Shown here: one piece after another, positions 58,453 through 64,000 of the stretch
Layout: each line of letters begins with the position of its first letter
Position numbering within the stretch: the first letter of the stretch is position 1
NCBI GenBank assembly: GCA_963666415.2
Contig: CAXXPD010000003.1
Span: 1,501,907-1,565,906 of the forward strand
From: Dehalococcoidia bacterium
Lineage (GTDB): Bacteria > Chloroflexota > Dehalococcoidia > Lucifugimonadales > UBA3495
Direction: 5' to 3'
DNA length: 64,000 nucleotides
Notes under the pieces: model-generated
Told to the model about the DNA's origin: nothing
Seen by the model: the letters and a program-made list of their open reading frames with translations, nothing else
Database searches by the model: none
Made by a program: the position numbers and the translations under genes

Positions 58453-59067
58453 CTAGGAGTCCGGAGCCGACAACGTGGCCACACTAAACACGACGTGGAA
58501 CGGACGACAGTATATGACCACACTTTGCACAGCGCTCAATTCGATGCTTTCCGGGATTTCGTAGTTTTGCGAACCGACGTTGCCTTTTAGTTTTTCCAGT
58601 TCAACATAGCCTCCGGCAGCCAGTTCATCACGATCCGCCGGATCAGGAACGTAGGCTAGCAGGACGCGCAGGTCTGGGCCATTGGTAACCCTGAATTCTT
58701 CCAGCCGCAGTATGGATTCGCTGCCGTCGCCCAAATCGTACACCGTTGCCGTACCGGAGCCTCTATGGAATGAGTCGGCGTCCCTGAATTGCCCGGTCAA
58801 ATATACCGTTGGCTCGGCCGCCTGGCCTGACGCGGACGGCATTGCCGGCATCTGCTCTGCGACCTCGGTTTCGATTTGGGACGCTGTCACCATCAAGGCC
58901 TCCACCTCGGCCATGCTCATGCTGTCCGGCACCGCCGCCCGATTCGCCCGGGGGAACTCTTCGTTCACCTGGTTTGACGTGATGAGCGGGGCGCCCAGCC
59001 ACCAGGCCAACCAAGCAATGGGTATGATGGCGAAGATGCCGATGCCGATGAGAATGTAGCGAAGCAT
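58453..59067 (-). CDS. DM13 domain protein with N-terminal membrane anchor
   Basis: GQFRDADSFHRGSGTATVY...EEFRVTNGPDLRVLL resembles the DM13 motif. Confidence 0.6.
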   Translation of the reverse strand: MLRYILIGIGIFAIIPIAWLAWWLGAPLITSNQVNEEFPRANRAAVPDSMSMAEVEALMVTASQIETEVAEQMPAMPSASGQAAEPTVYLTGQFRDADSFHRGSGTATVYDLGDGSESILRLEEFRVTNGPDLRVLLAYVPDPADRDELAAGGYVELEKLKGNVGSQNYEIPESIELSAVQSVVIYCRPFHVVFSVATLSAPDS

Positions 59068-59091
59068 AATTGCGCTGAATAGTCGTTGACG

Positions 59092-59937
59092 CTATTCGCT
59101 TTGGCCGGTTCGCAGCCTGTCGAGCGCGTTCCGCACTGTGACAGCATCCTCAGCTCCCGGCATTGCTTCCAGATACGCTTCAAAATCTTCGGCGGATTGC
59201 CGATGATTGCCGGCTTTCAGGTGCACCACGCCACGGTCGCGCCGTTCCTCCGGGCGGTCGGGCAACACTGCCATCAACCCGCCAATCGTCGAAATGCAAC
59301 GGTCGAAATCTTCGCGGTCCCAGTAAATTGCCTTCAGGTTGCGCAGCAAGCGCGCCAGCATTTCACGGGGGGTAATTGGATTCAGATGATGCGCTTCCAG
59401 GTTTACCTGGTCGCCGGCAGATTCCCGCAACAGCGCCCCGCATTCATCCTGATTGAGCAACAAGCCACCGTTGAACGTGTCCACAAAGAAATTAGGCTCA
59501 TCACGGTGGTTGATTAAAAAGTGGCCGGGCATACCGATCCCCTGCACCGGCACATCCATACGGCGGCCAACCTCGATACAGATGACCGACAGCGTTATGG
59601 GAATGCCCAATCTCCGCTCCAACACGTCGTTGAGGTACGAATTGCGGGGATCGTAGTAATCCTCCGTGTTCCCCGAAAATCCGATGACGCCGAACAGCAG
59701 ATCGGTGATGGTGTTGAGTTGCTGCAAGCTCGTCGAGTCGGCGGCGAGACGCCCGCCGGCGGCTTCGGCCATACGGTCCAGGTTGGCCACGCTGCTTTCA
59801 ATATCGATATCCGGGTATTCGGCGGCTGCAATGAGCAAAGCGCCCAACCCCAAGTTAAAATCTCCGCCGACCCGATCAGCCTCCGGGGATTCGGCCAATC
59901 GGCCCAGTTCCAAAATGGCGTCTGCCGCAAACATCAA
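59092..59937 (-). CDS. Transglutaminase-like/TPR protein (SirB1, UPF0162 family)
   Basis: NSYLNDVLERRLGIPITLSVICIEVGRRMDVPVQGIGMPGHFLI, plus a C-terminal TPR-like region. Confidence 0.65.
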   Translation of the reverse strand: MMFAADAILELGRLAESPEADRVGGDFNLGLGALLIAAAEYPDIDIESSVANLDRMAEAAGGRLAADSTSLQQLNTITDLLFGVIGFSGNTEDYYDPRNSYLNDVLERRLGIPITLSVICIEVGRRMDVPVQGIGMPGHFLINHRDEPNFFVDTFNGGLLLNQDECGALLRESAGDQVNLEAHHLNPITPREMLARLLRNLKAIYWDREDFDRCISTIGGLMAVLPDRPEERRDRGVVHLKAGNHRQSAEDFEAYLEAMPGAEDAVTVRNALDRLRTGQSE

Positions 59938-59951
59938 TGCCGCCTGGTCTG

Positions 59952-60224
59952 TTAGGCACCCGGCCGGGCAGTGCGACGTCGCCGAAATTCCGCTGCGCTC
60001 AGGTCATCCGCCGGAGGGTTACCGGGATAGCTGGCCTGCTCCCCGGCCACAGTGGGTCCGCGGTCGAGAATGTCGCGCACTTCCTGGCAATCGGCGCCGC
60101 AGTGCTCACACCACGCCAACTCGCTGGTCATCAGGCGCATATTGTCCTTTTTGACGGTCATGGTCCCGATTTCATAACGGCAACGCGCGCAGCGTCGGAC
60201 AATTGTTACTTCAACGATGGGCAT
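59952..60224 (-). CDS. Small zinc-ribbon protein (hypothetical, 90 aa)
   Basis: CARC...CEHC. The ATG at 60224 has a GAGG RBS 8 nt upstream; the ORF track starts at 60257. Confidence 0.5.
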   Translation of the reverse strand: MPIVEVTIVRRCARCRYEIGTMTVKKDNMRLMTSELAWCEHCGADCQEVRDILDRGPTVAGEQASYPGNPPADDLSAAEFRRRRTARPGA

Positions 60225-60269
60225 TTGGGCAACCTCAGAAACTGCTTTAGCCGGCAAACGGGTCAGTGT

Positions 60270-61034
60270 CTAGCGGGCGGTGAACCCGCCGTCAACCACC
60301 AACTCGGTGCCGGTGATGTAGGACGCGTCATCGCTGGCCAGGAACAACACGGCGTTGGCGACTTCTTCCTGCCGACCTTCACGACCCATGGGTACCTGAT
60401 CTTCAATCATTTCCCGGCGACCGGTGCGTACGTCATCGGTGGAAACGTTCCCCATCATCGGCGGCATGAACCCGGGATGCACGGAATTGACGCGGATTTT
60501 TTCCTTACCGTATCGCACCGCCATCGCCTTGCTAAAAATGCGCACTGAACCTTTGGACGCGTTGTAGGCCGGGTGTCCGCTGAGCATCCCCACGAATCCG
60601 GCGATGGACGATATGTTGACAATGGAACCGCCGCCGTTTAGGAGCATTTGTTCGATGGCGTGTTTGGTGCCTAGAAAGACGCCTGTGGAGTTGATGTCCA
60701 TGATGCGCGTCCACGCTTCCAGACTGTTATCGTCGGGAACGGCGCGGCTACTGATACCGGCGTTGTTCACCAAAATATCCAGACGACCGAAGTTGGAAAC
60801 TGCTTCGGACACCACATTCACCCACGATGCTTCTTTGGTGACGTCGGTATGTACGTAGACGGCATCCCCTCCGGCTTCGTTGATTTCGGCTTGCACCTTG
60901 CGCCCGTCTTCGTCGCGAATATCGGCAATAACTACTTTGGCGCCCTCGGACCCGAAAAGCTTCGCCTCAACGGAACCCATTCCGTGAGCGCCACCGCTCA
61001 CGATGGCAACTTTACCTTCCAAACGCATCGTCAT
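60270..61034 (-). CDS. SDR family NAD(P)-dependent oxidoreductase
   Basis: KVAIVSGGAHGMG, NNAG and YNASK motifs. Start at 61034 or 61028; the ORF track extends to 61148, into the repeat element. Confidence 0.9.
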   Translation of the reverse strand: MTMRLEGKVAIVSGGAHGMGSVEAKLFGSEGAKVVIADIRDEDGRKVQAEINEAGGDAVYVHTDVTKEASWVNVVSEAVSNFGRLDILVNNAGISSRAVPDDNSLEAWTRIMDINSTGVFLGTKHAIEQMLLNGGGSIVNISSIAGFVGMLSGHPAYNASKGSVRIFSKAMAVRYGKEKIRVNSVHPGFMPPMMGNVSTDDVRTGRREMIEDQVPMGREGRQEEVANAVLFLASDDASYITGTELVVDGGFTAR

Positions 61035-61149
61035 TCTCCCTTGGCGCCGTTCTTGGAGCCGGCCCTTATTCGGGCGGCGGTGGCTCATTACCAGCATAAC
61101 CGTCCCCGGGCCCGCATTCAACCGCCACTGACGCTCACGCGTACCCACT

Positions 61150-61284
61150 TTAATCTGTCATTGCGACGAGCGCCCGGTCATCCCGAGCTCGTCGAGGGAC
61201 GTGGCAATCTCGATGAGGTTGAACACACGTCGGCGAACCGTAGTTGCTACGGCGACTAGATTGCCACGCTACGTTCGCGACGAC
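61150..61284. repeat. Palindromic intergenic repeat (REP/MITE-like), copy B (inverted relative to copy A)
   Basis: 17 mismatches and no indels over about 135 nt against the reverse complement of 11841-11975. The right terminal repeat is degenerate. Confidence 0.8.
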
Positions 61285-61343
61285 AAAGGCGGGTACGCGT
61301 GGGGCGATTACGCCTTCGCGCCCGTAGGTTGGAGAGCTGGTGT

Positions 61344-61937
61344 ATGCTGGGTCTATCAGTTTGGCGCTATGAGAACAGACTAACTAAAAGGGCAATCGGG
61401 CACACCGTGTATCAAGCTGCGGTTTTCATACATTTGGGTTCCGGCATCATCTGGATCGGCGGCAGCCTGTTTCTGGCTTTGGTATTGATCCCGGTGATGC
61501 GCCGTTTTGCCCCGGCGCCTGGCCAACCTGCCGGAGCTGGCAATCCGCCGGTGGGGATGCTGGCAGCGATGGCGCGGCGGTTTCGGGTCATCTCCTGGAT
61601 CTGTATCGTTCTGATGATTGCCACTGGGCTGTACATTCTGCCCACTCGGTATGGTGTCGGCTTCGGCGAATTCTTCAGCGCAGGCGGGCATTTCATCGGC
61701 ACGTTGCAACTCAAAGTTGCACTCGTTGCGGTTGTCGTGTGGCTGAGCTTCATGCACGATTTCATCCTGGGCCCATATGTCAATCGCCTGATTGAGGCGA
61801 TGCAAGCGGGAGACGAGCCCCATCCGCGCCTGCCATTATTGCGCAAAACCATCGTTTGGATTGCCCGAGTCAATGTGGCGCTAACCATTATCATAGTCGC
61901 CGTAGCCATTACGATGACTCGTGGCGTGCCGGCCTGA
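61344..61937 (+). CDS. Integral membrane protein (CopD-like / DUF4149-like)
   Basis: 4-5 hydrophobic helices. ATG 61344 is preceded by GGAGAG. Family assignment is tentative. Confidence 0.5.
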   Translation: MLGLSVWRYENRLTKRAIGHTVYQAAVFIHLGSGIIWIGGSLFLALVLIPVMRRFAPAPGQPAGAGNPPVGMLAAMARRFRVISWICIVLMIATGLYILPTRYGVGFGEFFSAGGHFIGTLQLKVALVAVVVWLSFMHDFILGPYVNRLIEAMQAGDEPHPRLPLLRKTIVWIARVNVALTIIIVAVAITMTRGVPA

Positions 61938-61981
61938 AGCTCATTCCCCGCTGCCGGCCCGGATTGCTAGCGAAAAGAGGT

Positions 61982-62524
61982 ATGCATATGCCCTCAGACG
62001 ATTCTGTAACCACCAGAAGCTCGTTACCCGTTTTCGACAACCACCACGGGCGGCCCGACGATTGGTCCGGGCTGGTGGTTGATGGATTGGTAACCCGGCC
62101 CAGACGCTACTCCGCATCCGACCTGGTTCGGTTGACCGACAGCGCCATCACGGACGATTTCCGATGTGTTGAGGGTTGGAGCGTGGCCGACCAGCAATGG
62201 GAAGGTGTGCCCCTGCAAATCCTGCTCAACGACGCCGGTGTATCGCATCGCGCTCGCTACGCGGCGATATCGGCCGCCGACTATACCATCTCCGTGCAGT
62301 TGGCTGGCGCTGAAGCCAGCGAGGTATTGCTCGCCACGCGGCTGAACGGCGCACCGTTGCCGGGACAACACGGTGGGCCCTGCCGCCTGGTTAGCATCGG
62401 GCAAGCCTGCTACGCCAGCATCAAATGGGTGGACAGGATTACCCTCACCGACCAGATTCCGGAGGAAACGGCGCAACGCATTGCCATGGAGCGCAACCGT
62501 GGGCTCAGTGGTCCAGGTCTTTAA
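61982..62524 (+). CDS. Molybdopterin-binding oxidoreductase domain protein (sulfite-oxidase fold)
   Basis: FRCVEGWS motif and GGPCRLV...KWV pattern. Short (about 180 aa) single-domain form. Confidence 0.7.
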   Translation: MHMPSDDSVTTRSSLPVFDNHHGRPDDWSGLVVDGLVTRPRRYSASDLVRLTDSAITDDFRCVEGWSVADQQWEGVPLQILLNDAGVSHRARYAAISAADYTISVQLAGAEASEVLLATRLNGAPLPGQHGGPCRLVSIGQACYASIKWVDRITLTDQIPEETAQRIAMERNRGLSGPGL

Positions 62525-63215
62525 AACGGTAACCCAGTCCCCGTTCGCTCAATATGTACTCCGGGTTGCGGGGGTCGCGTTCCAGTTTCTGCCTGAGGTA
62601 GGTAACGTACGTGCGGACGTATTGGTGCTCACCCCGGTACTCCGGGCCCCACACTCTTTCCAGCAAGTTATCGTGGCTGAGTAGTTGGCCGGAGTTGTTT
62701 ACCAGCTGATATAGCAACCGATATTCGGTAGGGCGCAGGTGAACTTCGCGCCCATCTGTAATCACCATGCTCTGGTCAAAATTTATGGTGAGCCAGTCAT
62801 CGACCACCACGTCGTGCAGACGCGGCGGGTCCGTCGCCTCAATGCGCCGAAACAATGCCCGAATGCGCGATATCAACTCCCGGGGGCTGAACGGCTTGGT
62901 CAAGTAGTCATCGGCGCCGAGGTCGAGACCGGCTACCCGGTCAGCTTCATCTCCACGCACCGTTACGAAAATCACCGGTACTGATGATTGGTCACGGATG
63001 CGCCGCAAGGTCTCAAAGCCATCCAGTTCGGGCATCATCACGTCCAGCACCACCAGGTCGACGGGACCGCGTTGATCGAGCACCTCCAGCGCTTCCAACC
63101 CATTGCCGGCGGTTTCGACGCGAAAGCCTTCAACTTCCAGATTCATCGCCGTAAAGCGCACGATGTGCGGCTCGTCATCAACCACCAGGATGGTACGGCT
63201 CTCGGATGAGGTCAT
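62505..63215 (-). CDS. OmpR-family response regulator (canonical receiver)
   Basis: ILVVDDE, VVLDVMMPELDG, ADDYLTKPF and a winged-helix C-terminus. Confidence 0.92.
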   Translation of the reverse strand: MTSSESRTILVVDDEPHIVRFTAMNLEVEGFRVETAGNGLEALEVLDQRGPVDLVVLDVMMPELDGFETLRRIRDQSSVPVIFVTVRGDEADRVAGLDLGADDYLTKPFSPRELISRIRALFRRIEATDPPRLHDVVVDDWLTINFDQSMVITDGREVHLRPTEYRLLYQLVNNSGQLLSHDNLLERVWGPEYRGEHQYVRTYVTYLRQKLERDPRNPEYILSERGLGYRFKDLDH

Positions 63216-63217
63216 GT

Positions 63218-64000
63218 TTATCGCTCCGAAATATCAGGGAACGTCAACGTAAAGGCGGAGCCTTGCCCCAGGCTACTGTCCACGCTGATTTCGCCGCCGT
63301 GAGCCGTCATCACGGCGTCGCAGATGTACAGACCAATTCCCATGCCACGGGTTTGCATCGACACCGGGTTTTGCGATCGGTGGAACCTCTCGAATATGCG
63401 GCGGCTCTCCCAACGCGGCACACCAACGCCCGTGTCGGTCACCGTCAAACAAACGCGGTTCTCAGCGTCGATAGCGCCCGTTATGTCCAACGGACCCCCG
63501 CCAGGCGAGTACTTCACGGCATTGTCTACCAGGTTTATCAACACCTCTTCCAGCAGCCCCGGGTCTCCGTGTATGGCGGGAAAGTCGGGCGGAAAGGCCA
63601 CTGTGAACTGGTGAATTTTGGAAGTCGACTGCATTCTGCCGACCACTTTCTCAGCTAACGCGGACAACTGCACTGGCTCACAGTTCAATGGCAAGGCTCC
63701 GGTTTCCAGGCGCGAGGCCAGCAGCAACCGGTTCATCAACTGGCTCATGTGGTCGGTTTCTTCTTCAATGGCCTCCATACTGCGCTTCAACGTGGCGGTG
63801 TCCCATTCGGCGTCGGCTCGCCCGATGGTATTGGTGTATCCCTTGATGATGGCGAGCGGCGTTTGGAGTTGGTGACCGAGCATTGACAAAAACGAAGAAC
63901 GCATATCCTCCATCTCTCGCACCCGGGTCATATCCCTGACGTTGACCACCGCGTTCAGTGGCGCCATTTCAGGGCTGCGGATCACCGAATACACCAGCGC
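63218..64000 (-). CDS. Sensor histidine kinase (N-terminus outside window)
   Basis: H-box SMLGHQLQTPL, N-box LVDNAVKYSP and G-boxes DTGVGV / GMGIGL. The reading frame is open to the window end. Confidence 0.9.
   Translation of the reverse strand, partial: ALVYSVIRSPEMAPLNAVVNVRDMTRVREMEDMRSSFLSMLGHQLQTPLAIIKGYTNTIGRADAEWDTATLKRSMEAIEEETDHMSQLMNRLLLASRLETGALPLNCEPVQLSALAEKVVGRMQSTSKIHQFTVAFPPDFPAIHGDPGLLEEVLINLVDNAVKYSPGGGPLDITGAIDAENRVCLTVTDTGVGVPRWESRRIFERFHRSQNPVSMQTRGMGIGLYICDAVMTAHGGEISVDSSLGQGSAFTLTFPDISER

Noticed and set aside
1-64000. CRISPR arrays, rRNA genes, prophage or integrase-flanked islands, and toxin-antitoxin or restriction-modification style defence loci.
   Set aside because: No direct-repeat/spacer periodicity, no rRNA-like conserved blocks and no phage structural or defence-type proteins were seen. 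The only recombinases are the Xer-type housekeeping recombinase and the IS transposase.

Overview
GC-rich bacterial chromosomal segment with about 60 protein genes, almost all housekeeping. The gene content suggests a Chloroflexota-like lineage (inference only): split cofG/cofH F420 genes, an archaeal-type class V FBP aldolase/phosphatase, yloV-degV-recG synteny, and rsmH-ftsA-ftsZ with no peptidoglycan genes. Main blocks are: an F420 operon (cofG-cofH-cofD-cofC-LLM oxidoreductase); DNA repair and recombination genes (ruvB, recG, uvrB, ruvA, ruvC, xseAB, xerC, topA, dprA); nrdR / two unknown ORFs / nrdJ / tRNA; ftsA-ftsZ-rsmH; tig-clpP-clpP-clpX; proC, pdxA, aroQ, efp, fabI; and a redox/accessory stretch at 55-63 kb ending in a two-component system. 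No CRISPR, prophage or obvious defence island was seen. Items worth a second look: (1) a class II tRNA with Ser-type identity features but a Leu AAG anticodon; (2) XseB carrying an SSB-like DDDLPF tail; (3) two unknown ORFs between nrdR and nrdJ, with tandem NrdR boxes upstream; (4) three disrupted genes (an ISAs1 transposase, pepA, and an unknown gene with two frameshifts and two amber stops); (5) a complete ISAs1-family IS with perfect inverted repeats and a target duplication upstream of fbp; (6) a 135-bp palindromic repeat present twice; (7) an EF-P with a non-canonical tip loop; (8) a pseudo-receiver response regulator. Everything was read by eye. Protein calls rest on remembered family motifs. 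Coordinates of non-ORF features may be off by 1-2 nt.
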